Shown piece after piece: positions 1 to 10,625 of a stretch of DNA of 53,432 nt. The DNA lies in the NCBI GenBank assembly GCA_902796105.1, contig CADBNO010000256.1, positions 1-53,432 of the forward strand, read 5' to 3'. The position numbers and the translations under genes are program-made. Origin of the DNA: an uncultured Lachnospiraceae bacterium. GTDB taxonomy: Bacteria; Bacillota; Clostridia; Lachnospirales; Lachnospiraceae. The notes under the pieces are model-generated. The model was not told the origin of the DNA, made no database searches, and was given only the letters and a program-made list of their open reading frames with translations. The number at the start of each line of letters is the position of its first letter. Position 1 is the stretch's first letter.

Positions 1-66
1 ATACGAAGAAAGAACACCCCAACATATAGTCTTCGACATTTTACTGTACTGGTTTGAAAAATGTCC

Positions 67-96
67 TTGACAAGGGGTACACTTTACTCTGATAAT
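67..96 (+). promoter_or_regulatory. Putative sigma-70/SigA promoter for the adhesin gene
   Basis: TTGACA (67-72), 18 nt, GATAAT (91-96) upstream of the RBS GGAGG/ATG 217. Confidence 0.45.
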
Positions 97-216
97 GGCA
101 TAAGCTTTTCTACCTATTATACAAGAAGACAGAGAATAGAAGTGTATCCCGCATAGGGATATGCTCCTATTTTCTGTCTTTTTGTGTTTTCCGGAAATTC
201 TACGAAGGGAGGAAAT

Positions 217-3200
217 ATGTTTTTGAAACCACACACAAAAAAAGCAGCAAAAAGAGGATTAGCACTCCTTCTTTCTGTTGCAATGCTCGGTGGATCCGTA
301 CTGACGGATGCCGGCATCCTGCGTGTGAGTGCAGCAGAGACGCAATCCCCTGTGGAGGAACAGACACCAGATCAACAATCGACAGATCTGATCTATTTTG
401 CCACACCGGATACTGTTTCGGAAGAGAAAGCACCGGTATCTGCCGGTGATACTCTCGCAACGCAGGTCAAAGAACCCCAGACAACAACCTATCTGGGCGA
501 GTTCGACTTGAAAGAACAGATCACAGCCTACACTGTGACGGTTCAGGACCAGGACATTGCTGAAGTAGAGACCGTAGAAAAGAATACGGAAGTCAGCATG
601 ACGCTCGCTTGGTCGATGGACACATACAGTATCACAAACGAGGAGGGCTTGGCAGCCTTTACCTACACCCTGCCCGAAGGGATCGATTGGGAAGAGGTGG
701 ATACTGTATCTGACATGACCGGATATCTGGTAGAGGGAAACAAGCTGACCGTCTATCAGACAGCAAAGAAGGATGCAGGAGCAGTAGAAGGCAGCCTTTC
801 TATCTCCGGTCTGTTTGCAGCAGACGTGGTACAGGATCCGGAAGGAACACTTGTGTTCCCGGATGGGACTGCATTTATCGCTGCAAGCGTAAAGAAATCC
901 GGTCTGACATGGAGCGATGTCACGACGGAAGAATGGGCGGCAAAGGGATTGCTTCCTTATGAGAATTATGTATACGGTGAAGCAACCCAGAGCGGATACT
1001 TTGAGTATGACAGAAACCTCGTCAAGTACTATGACGCGATCCTTGACCTTGACACAGATGAGCTGTCCGAGGAAGACGCAGAGTATGTAAAACAGATCGA
1101 ATTTGTAGTGAACGGTGGTCTGGGCGAGATCGCAGAGGATACATACTTTGAGTATGTGGAGGATGTGGATACGATCATCGCCATGGCAGAAGAAGGACTT
1201 GATCTGAACAAGTTCTTTTACGGTAACGACCTGTTTGGGACCACACTGGATGATCTGTATGCCTTAAGGGAAGATGGGGACGACCTAAATACGCTTCTCA
1301 TGAAGAAGAGTTCCAAGTACAAGGATATCTCCGTAGCACGTGCGGTAGAGATTGGCGGACAGATCGCAGTAGCAACTACTGTAGCAGCATATCTTCCTAT
1401 CTTAATGGCACCTGCCGGTGGCAGTTCTATCGCAGGACTTCTCGGAGCAGGCGCAGCCAACTCGGTAACGAGCATGTTTAAGATGAACACTGGTTCCGTG
1501 GGAAGTATCCCCGCATTCGGACCGAATGCACACGGCCCTTTGTGGGACATCACCACTGCTCAGGAAGAGCAGGGCGGCCCTACCATGTGTGCAGGTTTCG
1601 GCAAAGGTTTGAAGACTGGTGATCAGTTAGAAGAAGTTGATGCAAGCAACCTGGTGGATGAGGATCAGGAAGCTGCCATCACTGCCATGTTGGAGCTGTA
1701 TGACATCTATCGTTACGGTGACAGCGGGGATGAAAACAACCAGACCCATCCACTTAAAGTCCTGACGCAGTGCATGATCTGGTATGTGCTTGGTGGAAAC
1801 GGTCTTTCCTACGACACGACATCCGGTACCTTTACCAATATGGTATCTGTCATGGATGAGGCGATGAGCAACATCGGACTGTCTGCAGCAGAGGTTGCCT
1901 GGGCGAACAGCATGATGGAGCAGTGGGCGGAGTATTATCATTATTATAATGATGATTCTTATGTACTTCCTAAACACAGAGTAACAACAGTCCACTTTTG
2001 GGATCATGTAGGCGGCGGCGCTAAGCAGCCGTTGATCACTTGGGTATCAGAAGCGGAAGTTGAAAACCCTCATTACGGCCGCCTTTTCGCTGAGAAGGTG
2101 GACGAGAATGGAAATCATTTGGCAGGATGTGCGTTTGGTATATACAACGAAGATGGAACAGCATACACATCTTTTATCATAGGTGATGAGAGACATATCG
2201 AAGAGAATATACTCCTTCCCAATGATACGCTTACAAGAACCTTTTATATTAAAGAATTAGCCGCACCTACGGGCTATCAGAAAGATGAAGAATTACACAA
2301 AGTTGTCATCACTGAAGCTGAATCCGAAACAGATGGCGTAACGGTAACCTTCGTCAATAAAACCCAAAAGCCCCACATCCGCGTGGTCAAGTATGAGGCA
2401 GGTAGCAATAACACCTACGTAACCGGCTTTGGTGAGTACCAGATCCTTAATTCGGCGGGGGCAGTAGTAGAAACCCTTAACCTCGGTGAAGGTGGTCCGC
2501 AGGCTTTATATCTGGATCCCGGAAACTACACCTTGCATGAGGTGACACCGCCCAAGGGATACCTTCCCGGAGCAGATGTACCCTTTACTGTATCCGGCAA
2601 CTTCTTTACCGATAACGGCGAAGCAGCAATGTACGATGATTACACCAAATACCGTTTCGCTAAGATCGACGCAGATACGAACGCTCCGCTTTCCGGTGCG
2701 ATCGTGGAGCTGTACAAAGCAGACGGTTACGGAAATTATTCTACAGCAGACAGGATCGACCGCTGGACAACAGACGGTACCCTGCACGAAGTAAACAGAT
2801 TGGAGATCGGTCAGCAATATGCCTACGTGGAAGTAGCCGCTCCCGACGGATACATGACCGCAGAACCTATCTTCTTTACGGTAGAGAGTACAGCAGAGCC
2901 TGTGACGATCACCATGAAGGACTCCAAAAGAAAATACAGTATCTTAAAAATCGACGAATCAACAGGAGAAGCCCTTGCCGGCGCAAGACTCCAGCTGTGG
3001 GATATCGACGGCAACAATCAGCCTACCGTGATGCTGGATGAGTGGACATCCACGACAGAGGCACACGTGATTGAGGGCCTTGCTGCAAAATCTTATCTGA
3101 TCCGAGAGATCGAAGCACCTGCCGGATATACCAATTTTGGTGATAAGATCATCACCTTTGGACATATCCACAGTGCAAGTTGCTATACGACCGGCACAGC

Positions 3201-6200
3201 TGCATTTACCCATGTTGGCTATGCACAGCCTAATTCCACCACATGGAACACGACGATCAATGGAACGATGAGCAGCACCTCCGATAGCGCGGCTCTCACA
3301 GGATTGAGCGGCACAACGACCACATATATTGACAGCGCAGGTCAGGTAGATGAAGACGAAGACGAGGATCCCATCAACGGATACAACTATCGTACCGGTT
3401 ATACGATCGATGTTACTCCAGGAGAGATCATCCGGTACCGTGCGTTGATGCGTATACCGGGCATCAACGACGAACCCAGCCCGATGATGCTGTATACAGA
3501 CAGATCCTGGTGGCAGGTTACGTATGACACAGACTCCACCACCGGACAGATCATCAGTGATAAGAGATACCTGTCAAGCTACAGTAATGACTTTGCCAAA
3601 GAATATATAAGGCATGAGAGCGGACATGACGAGCATGAAGATATCGACTGGACCGTTCTCCAGTGGGGTTATAGCACCGGTGACAGCGGTGCATACAGCG
3701 AGTACCGGGTGGAAGGCGATGAGGATGATGGTACTGACTGGCCGTGGAACAGACCTGTACTCAGCCGCAGTGATGAGGGCGGATGGGTAACTACCGGATC
3801 CACACTGACTACCGGAAACTATGGATTCAAAAACACCTGGTTTCCTAACGCCTCAAGCTATGACTTTTACAAGATGACACTCGACGAAAGCTATGAAAAC
3901 GGTGGTACGGATCAAGTCCTGCCCTCCGTATACGGCACTAAGCGAGCGTGGAAGTATGATTCTTATGAGAATCCCAACAACTGGCAGGCCGATGAGACCT
4001 ATGTGATCTATGACAGTTTTGTGGTTCCCGACGGAGCAACATCCATCACGATCACCTTGAACAGTGTAGAAGAGGCATTTGAGAGATCTGACTTAGAGCA
4101 CGCGATCACCATCTACCGTGAGGTAAATGAGCTGACCTGTGGAATGGAACAGGGAGATTTGACCAATCAGACCGTAGAAGTAGGCAATGTCGGTACACCG
4201 GTACACCATATCTCTATCAAGAAAGTAGAAGGTAACGGATCCGGTTCCCAGACTTCCCTGAGCGCAAGAGCATCCCTCGCAGGAGCGAGCCTTGAGCTGA
4301 GAAACGCAAACAATGCAGTTGTAGAAAGCTGGGTATCTGACGACAAAGCCCATTACATCACAGGCATTGAGCCTGGAACTTACACACTGGTGGAAGTAGC
4401 AGCCCCCGCGGGTTACGCGACAGCCGCACCCATGACCATAGTGGTACAGGATACGACTACCCTGCAGACCTTCTTCATGGAAGACAAACCGACCAGCGTG
4501 AAAGTGTTCAAACTTGACAGAGCAAATAATGAAGCACTGGCAGGTGCGACATTGCAGATCTGGACAGCGGATGATGCCGGCACTCCGATTTCTCTTTACA
4601 GAGATTTCGTAAGCGGACTTACCGAAAAGACCTTTGATAAGATGCCGGTCGGTAAATATGTCCTGATCGAAACAAAAGCACCGGAAGGCTACAAGATCGC
4701 AGACCCCATTGTATTTGATGTATTGGATTCTGCTGACCTGCAGACCGTGACCATGTATGATGATGCGATGGAATTGCACGTGAGCAAAAAGGAAGTAGCC
4801 GGTTCCGAGGAGCTTCCCGGAGCACAGCTGCAAATCTTTACGACCAAGGAATCCGATGGAACTGCGGACAAGATCTATGACAGCTGGACATCCACTGATG
4901 AAGAGCATGTGATCAATAAGATCCCCGCAGGGAACTATATCCTTCGTGAGATCCGCGCACCGAAGGGCTACCTTGAGGCAAGCGATATTGCCTTTACCGT
5001 GACCACAGACCAGATCATCCATACCGTGACGATGGAAGATGAGTCGATCGACATCACGATCGATAAGCAGGACGTACATACTCATGAAACACTGGTCGGC
5101 GCGCAGCTTGCCATCGCTAAAAAGGAAGTCGTAAACGGTTATGCCGTTCCCGGCAAGATGGTAGACGAGTGGACTACAGACGGTACACCTCATGAGATCC
5201 ATGCGATTGAGGCAGGCGACTATGTGATCTATGAGATCTCTGCTCCGACCGGATACAGCCGTATCGGTTATAAAGAGATCACGATCGCACCGATCAGTAC
5301 CGTACAGCCTTTTGTGGTAGAGGACGACTACGACTTTATGCCTTTTAGCTTAAAGAAAGTAGACGGAACTACCGGAGAAGTGATTGAATCTGATGCGGAA
5401 TTTACTCTGTATGAGTGGAGTGCAGCGGCAGGAAATTATGTCGTCAGCCCTAACTTTGAGATTGTCCGCAAAGCAGACAAGACCTATTCCGTAAGCCGCC
5501 TTACCACTTCCCAATATGCAGCATGGAGTGCATGGACAGACGGAAATCTTTACTGGACACCGGATAACCAGGGTGACTATTACTTTGTAGAGAGCAAGGC
5601 TCCTACTGGATATGTGTCAGATGCAACACCGGTATATATCAATGTACTTGACTCGGAGCTGATCAATAACCTTGATGCTACATACAAGGCAGCAAACGCT
5701 GACCCTTCGGTCTATCCGATCAATGACAGTACTGTATTCGCAAACCAGAAGACACGTAACCTGTTCACGAAATCTGATATCGTGTCCGGCGAAGTCTTAA
5801 GCGATGCGATCCTCCAGATCCTTGAGATCACCGGAGAGAACATTGACGGTTCTTTCATAACAACACCTGTTGAGAGCTGGACATCGGACAAGACAGAAGT
5901 ACATTACTTCTACGACAATGGTGCAAACCTTGTTGAGATAGCAAGTGCTTCGGATCTTCCGAGCGGCAAGACACTGATCACAAAGAACGGTCATCTGATC
6001 GAAGGACTCAAGCCCGGCGTATCCTATATCTTCAGAGAGCTGACCGCTCCGGAAGGATATGTAGGATATAACTGGTCGGACGAAGCGACACGAAATGCTA
6101 ACATGATTGAGAACGCCAACACAGAAGAGATCCGCTTTACCGTGGCGGATGATCTGTTAGTTGCAGAACACGACATGAAGGATCAGAGAGTGGTAGGTGA

Positions 6201-8886
6201 GATCTCTATCACCAAGGAAGGTGAAGTAGTAGTCAGTGCGGCAAAGACGTTTACTGACACCGTAAAGGATCTGTTCTATACCATGTTCGGTTACAAGGCA
6301 GGCAGAGTAAACGGCGCCAAGTTTGCAGTCTATGTCAAGGAAACGATCTACACGCCTGACGGAACGAACACCGTAGCAACATACGATAACAAGGATATGA
6401 ATGCTGATACTTTGGTTGCAACGATCGAAACTGGCACTAATGGTATCGCAAAACTGACCGGACTTCCTCTTGGTAAGTACTATATTAAGGAGACAGGAGC
6501 AGGTGACGGTGATTTCCTCCTCAACGATACTGTTGCTGAAGTTGAGCTGAAGTACCAGGGACAGGATGAGCCGGTAGTATATGACAGTGCAGCGTATACT
6601 AACGACAGACAGAAGGTACAGCTTAAGGTGACGAAAAAAGCAGATGCAGCAGAAGAAGCACAGTACTACAACGCTGATGAGATCGCTTCTGCTCCGACAC
6701 AGGACCTGCTTTTGCCCGGCGCTGTATTCGGCATCTACAATAAGAACGACATCCAGGGATTTGCAGTGGATGAGACGACCGGTATCGTGACCAGAAGAAC
6801 AGATGCATTGGTAGAGGCAGATACCTTGATCGAAACTATTGAAACAGATGCAAACGGCATAGGACTTTTTGCAAGTGACTTACCTTGCGGCATCTACTAT
6901 TTAAAGGAGATCAAGGCACCGGCCGGATACCATACATCCGATGAGGTATATGAATTTGATGCAAGCTACACCGGCGAGGATGGCGATGCTCTGATAAGCC
7001 TCTCATACGACTTCTACAACAAGCCTACCGTTGTCAAGATCACAAAGTATGACCTGACAAATGGACTGGAGCTTCCTGGTGCAAAACTGGAAGTAACCGA
7101 TGAAGAGGGTAATGTGGTAGACAGCTGGACTTCTACAGAGGAAGGACATTACATCAGACATCTGGAGCTGGATAAGGAATACACCTTAACGGAAGTATTG
7201 GCAAGGGATGGTTATACATCAGCGGAAAGCATTAAATTTACGATAACGGATAAGGATGGAAATGGCAACATCACTACTGTACAGGAAGTAAAGATGTACG
7301 ACAACAGAGTTGTAGGCGAGATCGCGATCACCAAGGAAGGTGAGGTTGTGATCAGTGAAGAAAAGACCTTTGTTGATACAGTGAAAGACCTCTTCTATAC
7401 TCTGTTCGGTTATAAAGAGGGACGGATCAAGGGTGCGAAATTTGCTGTATACGCAAAGGAGACCATTTATAATCCTGACGGACGTAACACGATCGCTGTA
7501 TACGGCGGGGTTGAACTGAAAGCCGATACGCTGATCGCAACGATCGAAACAGATGAAACGGGTATCGCGAAGCTGACCGGACTTCCTCTCGGTAAGTACT
7601 ACATCAAGGAGACAGGAGCAGGTGAAGGTGACTTCCTCCTCAATGATACGGTTGCTGAGGTTGAGCTGAAGTACCAGGGACAGGATGTACCCGTTGTAAG
7701 AGACAGTGCTTTCTATGAGAACGCAAGACAGAAGGTAGAGCTGACAGTGACCAAGAGATCTTCCGCACAGCTCGAAGGAACTTATTACAATGCTGACGAG
7801 GCAGACTTAAAGCCCGGAGAAGACTTATACATCGCAGATGCGGTATTTGGCATCTACAACAAGAACGACATCCAGGGATATGAAGTGGATGCAGAGACCG
7901 GCATCGTAACAAGAAGGACCGATGCGCTGTTAAAAGCAGACACTTTGATCGAAACGATCACGACAGACGGAAACGGCGTTGCCAAATTTGTAAGTGACCT
8001 CCCTTGTGGTACTTATTATTTAAAGGAGATCAAGGCACCGGCCGGATACCATACATCCGATGAGGTATATGAGTTTGATGCGGAGTATACAGGAGAAGAA
8101 GGGGAGCCCGTTATCTCCCTTGCGTATGACTTCTATAATACGCCTACCGTTGTCAAGATCACAAAGTACGATATCACAAACAGCAAGGAGCTTCCCGGAG
8201 CTCATTTGGAAGTAAGAGACAAAGAGAGTAACGTGGTAGATGAATGGACTTCTACAGAAGAAGGACACTATATCAGACATCTGGAGCTGGAAGAGACCTA
8301 TACATTGGTTGAAACCAAACCTGCGGATGGCTACACCACAGCGGAGAGCATTGAGTTCACAGTGAAAGACAAGGATGAAACAGGAAGCCTTGTCGTGGTA
8401 CAGGAAGTCAAGATGTACGACGACATCACGAAGACTTATATCTCAAAGCGTGACATTGACTACAAGGATATGCCTGAAAAACCTGATCTGTCCGGTGCGC
8501 AGCTTGAACTGTGGAGAGTGGATGCGAACAGGAACAAGGTGAAGCTGATAGATAGTTGGGTGAGCGAGAAATTGCCTCACTACATCGAAAAACTCCCTGT
8601 TGGCGATTACGTTCTTGTTGAGGTTAAAGCACCTAGTGGATATGAAAAAGCAGAAGATCTGTACTGCTCCGTCAAGGACACAAACGACAAGCAATACCTG
8701 ACACTGTTTGATGTGGAAGAGGATGAGGAAGAGATCGACCTTATTATCGAAGAAGCAAAGCTGAATCTGGAAGACCAGACCGGCGAAGGTTCGCACATCC
8801 TTTTAATGCTCGCAATGGCAGTATGCTTCATTGGTGCGGCATCGAGCGTTGCATTACGTCGCGCAAAGAAGCGCAAAGAGGACTAA
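217..8886 (+). CDS. Giant cell-wall-anchored SpaA/Cna-B isopeptide-repeat adhesin with putative N-terminal thioester (TED/TQXA-like) domain
   Basis: Signal peptide; many KxD...L.GA.L.....W.S/T......L..G.Y.L.E..AP.GY repeats; MCAG...TQCMIW...KQPLI thioester-like motifs; C-terminal QTGE + hydrophobic helix + RRAKKRK tail. Start moved to ATG 217 (AGGGAGG RBS). Confidence 0.85.
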   Translation: MFLKPHTKKAAKRGLALLLSVAMLGGSVLTDAGILRVSAAETQSPVEEQTPDQQSTDLIYFATPDTVSEEKAPVSAGDTLATQVKEPQTTTYLGEFDLKEQITAYTVTVQDQDIAEVETVEKNTEVSMTLAWSMDTYSITNEEGLAAFTYTLPEGIDWEEVDTVSDMTGYLVEGNKLTVYQTAKKDAGAVEGSLSISGLFAADVVQDPEGTLVFPDGTAFIAASVKKSGLTWSDVTTEEWAAKGLLPYENYVYGEATQSGYFEYDRNLVKYYDAILDLDTDELSEEDAEYVKQIEFVVNGGLGEIAEDTYFEYVEDVDTIIAMAEEGLDLNKFFYGNDLFGTTLDDLYALREDGDDLNTLLMKKSSKYKDISVARAVEIGGQIAVATTVAAYLPILMAPAGGSSIAGLLGAGAANSVTSMFKMNTGSVGSIPAFGPNAHGPLWDITTAQEEQGGPTMCAGFGKGLKTGDQLEEVDASNLVDEDQEAAITAMLELYDIYRYGDSGDENNQTHPLKVLTQCMIWYVLGGNGLSYDTTSGTFTNMVSVMDEAMSNIGLSAAEVAWANSMMEQWAEYYHYYNDDSYVLPKHRVTTVHFWDHVGGGAKQPLITWVSEAEVENPHYGRLFAEKVDENGNHLAGCAFGIYNEDGTAYTSFIIGDERHIEENILLPNDTLTRTFYIKELAAPTGYQKDEELHKVVITEAESETDGVTVTFVNKTQKPHIRVVKYEAGSNNTYVTGFGEYQILNSAGAVVETLNLGEGGPQALYLDPGNYTLHEVTPPKGYLPGADVPFTVSGNFFTDNGEAAMYDDYTKYRFAKIDADTNAPLSGAIVELYKADGYGNYSTADRIDRWTTDGTLHEVNRLEIGQQYAYVEVAAPDGYMTAEPIFFTVESTAEPVTITMKDSKRKYSILKIDESTGEALAGARLQLWDIDGNNQPTVMLDEWTSTTEAHVIEGLAAKSYLIREIEAPAGYTNFGDKIITFGHIHSASCYTTGTAAFTHVGYAQPNSTTWNTTINGTMSSTSDSAALTGLSGTTTTYIDSAGQVDEDEDEDPINGYNYRTGYTIDVTPGEIIRYRALMRIPGINDEPSPMMLYTDRSWWQVTYDTDSTTGQIISDKRYLSSYSNDFAKEYIRHESGHDEHEDIDWTVLQWGYSTGDSGAYSEYRVEGDEDDGTDWPWNRPVLSRSDEGGWVTTGSTLTTGNYGFKNTWFPNASSYDFYKMTLDESYENGGTDQVLPSVYGTKRAWKYDSYENPNNWQADETYVIYDSFVVPDGATSITITLNSVEEAFERSDLEHAITIYREVNELTCGMEQGDLTNQTVEVGNVGTPVHHISIKKVEGNGSGSQTSLSARASLAGASLELRNANNAVVESWVSDDKAHYITGIEPGTYTLVEVAAPAGYATAAPMTIVVQDTTTLQTFFMEDKPTSVKVFKLDRANNEALAGATLQIWTADDAGTPISLYRDFVSGLTEKTFDKMPVGKYVLIETKAPEGYKIADPIVFDVLDSADLQTVTMYDDAMELHVSKKEVAGSEELPGAQLQIFTTKESDGTADKIYDSWTSTDEEHVINKIPAGNYILREIRAPKGYLEASDIAFTVTTDQIIHTVTMEDESIDITIDKQDVHTHETLVGAQLAIAKKEVVNGYAVPGKMVDEWTTDGTPHEIHAIEAGDYVIYEISAPTGYSRIGYKEITIAPISTVQPFVVEDDYDFMPFSLKKVDGTTGEVIESDAEFTLYEWSAAAGNYVVSPNFEIVRKADKTYSVSRLTTSQYAAWSAWTDGNLYWTPDNQGDYYFVESKAPTGYVSDATPVYINVLDSELINNLDATYKAANADPSVYPINDSTVFANQKTRNLFTKSDIVSGEVLSDAILQILEITGENIDGSFITTPVESWTSDKTEVHYFYDNGANLVEIASASDLPSGKTLITKNGHLIEGLKPGVSYIFRELTAPEGYVGYNWSDEATRNANMIENANTEEIRFTVADDLLVAEHDMKDQRVVGEISITKEGEVVVSAAKTFTDTVKDLFYTMFGYKAGRVNGAKFAVYVKETIYTPDGTNTVATYDNKDMNADTLVATIETGTNGIAKLTGLPLGKYYIKETGAGDGDFLLNDTVAEVELKYQGQDEPVVYDSAAYTNDRQKVQLKVTKKADAAEEAQYYNADEIASAPTQDLLLPGAVFGIYNKNDIQGFAVDETTGIVTRRTDALVEADTLIETIETDANGIGLFASDLPCGIYYLKEIKAPAGYHTSDEVYEFDASYTGEDGDALISLSYDFYNKPTVVKITKYDLTNGLELPGAKLEVTDEEGNVVDSWTSTEEGHYIRHLELDKEYTLTEVLARDGYTSAESIKFTITDKDGNGNITTVQEVKMYDNRVVGEIAITKEGEVVISEEKTFVDTVKDLFYTLFGYKEGRIKGAKFAVYAKETIYNPDGRNTIAVYGGVELKADTLIATIETDETGIAKLTGLPLGKYYIKETGAGEGDFLLNDTVAEVELKYQGQDVPVVRDSAFYENARQKVELTVTKRSSAQLEGTYYNADEADLKPGEDLYIADAVFGIYNKNDIQGYEVDAETGIVTRRTDALLKADTLIETITTDGNGVAKFVSDLPCGTYYLKEIKAPAGYHTSDEVYEFDAEYTGEEGEPVISLAYDFYNTPTVVKITKYDITNSKELPGAHLEVRDKESNVVDEWTSTEEGHYIRHLELEETYTLVETKPADGYTTAESIEFTVKDKDETGSLVVVQEVKMYDDITKTYISKRDIDYKDMPEKPDLSGAQLELWRVDANRNKVKLIDSWVSEKLPHYIEKLPVGDYVLVEVKAPSGYEKAEDLYCSVKDTNDKQYLTLFDVEEDEEEIDLIIEEAKLNLEDQTGEGSHILLMLAMAVCFIGAASSVALRRAKKRKED
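6187..8424 (+). repeat. Internal tandem duplication of 1119 bp (373 aa) in the adhesin
   Basis: RVVGEI(S/A)ITKEGEVV...QEVKMYD occurs at 6187-7305 and 7306-8424 with long identical nucleotide stretches. Confidence 0.9.
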
Positions 8887-8915
8887 GGATTGATTATGGA
8901 TTGACAGAAAAAGAA

Positions 8916-8937
8916 CCCGCCCGGGTTTCCGGGCGGG
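8916..8937. terminator. Intrinsic terminator hairpin between convergent genes
   Basis: CCCGCCCGG-GTTT-CCGGGCGGG perfect 9-bp stem. The A-run on its left gives a U-tract on the minus strand. Confidence 0.7.
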
Positions 8938-8960
8938 AATAAAGAGAAAAATAAAAAGGG

Positions 8961-9119
8961 CTATGAATCAGTATCATCAATCAGCTCATGAACGGTACCA
9001 TTTCCGGACTCAAGCTGGCGAATCGCATTTTGCAGATGCAGCTGATTTATTGCATCGTAGAAAGGATCCTCCTGCTCGGATGGACTCTTGGTTTTCTCGT
9101 CATATTCTATCTTTACCAT
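8961..9119 (-). CDS. 52-aa orphan protein resembling the C-terminal part of RelB/DinJ-type antitoxins
   Basis: RBS AGGAGG before ATG 9119. DPFYDAINQLHLQNAIRQLESGNGTVHELI parallels DPFYSASNIAELERRIESIKNGTSTLKEHDLI of the antitoxin at 51482-51743. Confidence 0.6.
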   Translation of the reverse strand: MVKIEYDEKTKSPSEQEDPFYDAINQLHLQNAIRQLESGNGTVHELIDDTDS

Positions 9120-9242
9120 ACGATCCCTCCTATCTTCTTCTAATTGCAACACAAAAATCGAAGAAGAGCCAGACATACCGATGTTGACAGAATCATATCT
9201 CTCAGCCCCCATTTAGTGCCTGGGAGAAGAAAGGAAACCAAT

Positions 9243-9548
9243 ATGGGAAACAGCAGCCTTTATATATTGCTTGCTTTTGATGCATTTAATAAAAAAGAAG
9301 TAACGCAGATGAAAGGCCCGATGAGGACATTAAGAGAAGCGTTTTCACTGATGTACCTTGCGGAAATGCGGCTTGCTGTTTTCTGTATTGTCATTTCCCT
9401 TATACTACTCGGGATCACATTTATCACAAAGAGCAGGGTAGATGAGATCTCTAAAAACAAAACGTGGTTGATCCGTATTGTTCTGATCGCTGTCCTGATT
9501 TTTTCAATTGGTGGCATCATCGATACCGTATGGAATGCAGCCATGTAA
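9243..9548 (+). CDS. Small two-TM protein, VirB2/TrbC pilin-like
   Basis: AAAGGA RBS; two hydrophobic helices separated by a short charged loop; conjugation context. Confidence 0.45.
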   Translation: MGNSSLYILLAFDAFNKKEVTQMKGPMRTLREAFSLMYLAEMRLAVFCIVISLILLGITFITKSRVDEISKNKTWLIRIVLIAVLIFSIGGIIDTVWNAAM

Positions 9549-9577
9549 CACATTTTTGAAAGGAGGCTTTAATACAC

Positions 9578-10045
9578 ATGGAAGCAGTAAGCAAAGCAAA
9601 AGAAATCGCGGGACGTGCGAAACTGGCAATGTTCTCCGCAAAGATGGCACTGACAGGTCTGTGCATGGGTATCAGCCCTGTACTGACAGTCCATGCAGGT
9701 CCGGAAGATGGATCTTCCAGCTCCGATCTCGGCGTGGGACAGGTTGGAGTAGAGGACATCATCAAGAGCGGCAAATCCCTTGACGAAAGCTCTCTCGGCA
9801 AACTGGGTGAGAAAGTGGACGATATCGGCGGCGGCGGATATAATCTTTTTTTCAAAGTTGGAACCTACGCTATTGTAATAGGTTTCATTGTTGCTGGAAT
9901 TTTACTTATTTTAGCCGGTGCACCTAAAAGAGAGGAAGCAAAAGCAAAAGTGGGATATATCGTTGGCGGCGCTGTTCTTATTTTTGGAGCAGTCGTGATT
10001 ACAGCCACAATCCAAAAAATTGCCACTGGATTGTTTGGTGTGTGA
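9578..10045 (+). CDS. VirB2/TrbC-like pilin
   Basis: Signal-like N-terminus (VHA), then two TM helices linked by PKREEAKAK, the typical TrbC/VirB2 layout; AGGAGG RBS. Confidence 0.55.
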   Translation: MEAVSKAKEIAGRAKLAMFSAKMALTGLCMGISPVLTVHAGPEDGSSSSDLGVGQVGVEDIIKSGKSLDESSLGKLGEKVDDIGGGGYNLFFKVGTYAIVIGFIVAGILLILAGAPKREEAKAKVGYIVGGAVLIFGAVVITATIQKIATGLFGV

Positions 10046-10305
10046 CAAAGGGGATGATATCTTGGATGATTTTATTTTGACAATCCATTCGGAAACACCG
10101 GTCACGCTGCACGGAGAGGCATGTGTAGTAGCTGAATGCACGGTGCGGGATACATACGGAATCAATCATACGAAGCTGATTTGTATGCCCCATGTGGACT
10201 GGCAGAAGAAGAAATCCCTATTACTGACCCAGACGGGAGTTTAGGGATGGATGGAGGGCTATATCGGCCCTCCACAATAAGAGAGAAAGGACGGCAAGGG
10301 AACCA

Positions 10306-10620
10306 GTGATACTATTGACGAATCCTTTTGCGATTCTAGGCAATGATAATGGTGTAACAACAGAACTGGGTGTGACAGAGACAACAAAATTCAGCCTGGC
10401 AGACATAGTGGTGCTGTTGAAAGCGGTCATCCTCTATGGGGGCATCATCATGGCTTTATTCTCCCTTATCCTGTTACTTTTTATCAGAAATAATGACAGG
10501 CTCTTTGGGGAGCACAAAGAAAGAGTTACAAGGATACTTACTATCATCTGGTTGGCCGGATCCTCCGTAACCATTTTTAACATCTTAAAAACATTTTTTG
10601 ATTCCATATTTGGATTTTAG
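10306..10620 (+). CDS. Small two-TM protein, pilin-like
   Basis: Two TM helices with a charged loop (GEHKER), same topology as neighbouring ORFs. Confidence 0.45.
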   Translation: MILLTNPFAILGNDNGVTTELGVTETTKFSLADIVVLLKAVILYGGIIMALFSLILLLFIRNNDRLFGEHKERVTRILTIIWLAGSSVTIFNILKTFFDSIFGF

Positions 10621-10625
10621 GAAAA

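Noticed and set aside
4093-5202. 369-aa minus-strand ORF and the many other antisense ORFs inside long genes
   Set aside because: Shadow frames of well-supported + strand genes, with no recognisable motifs.
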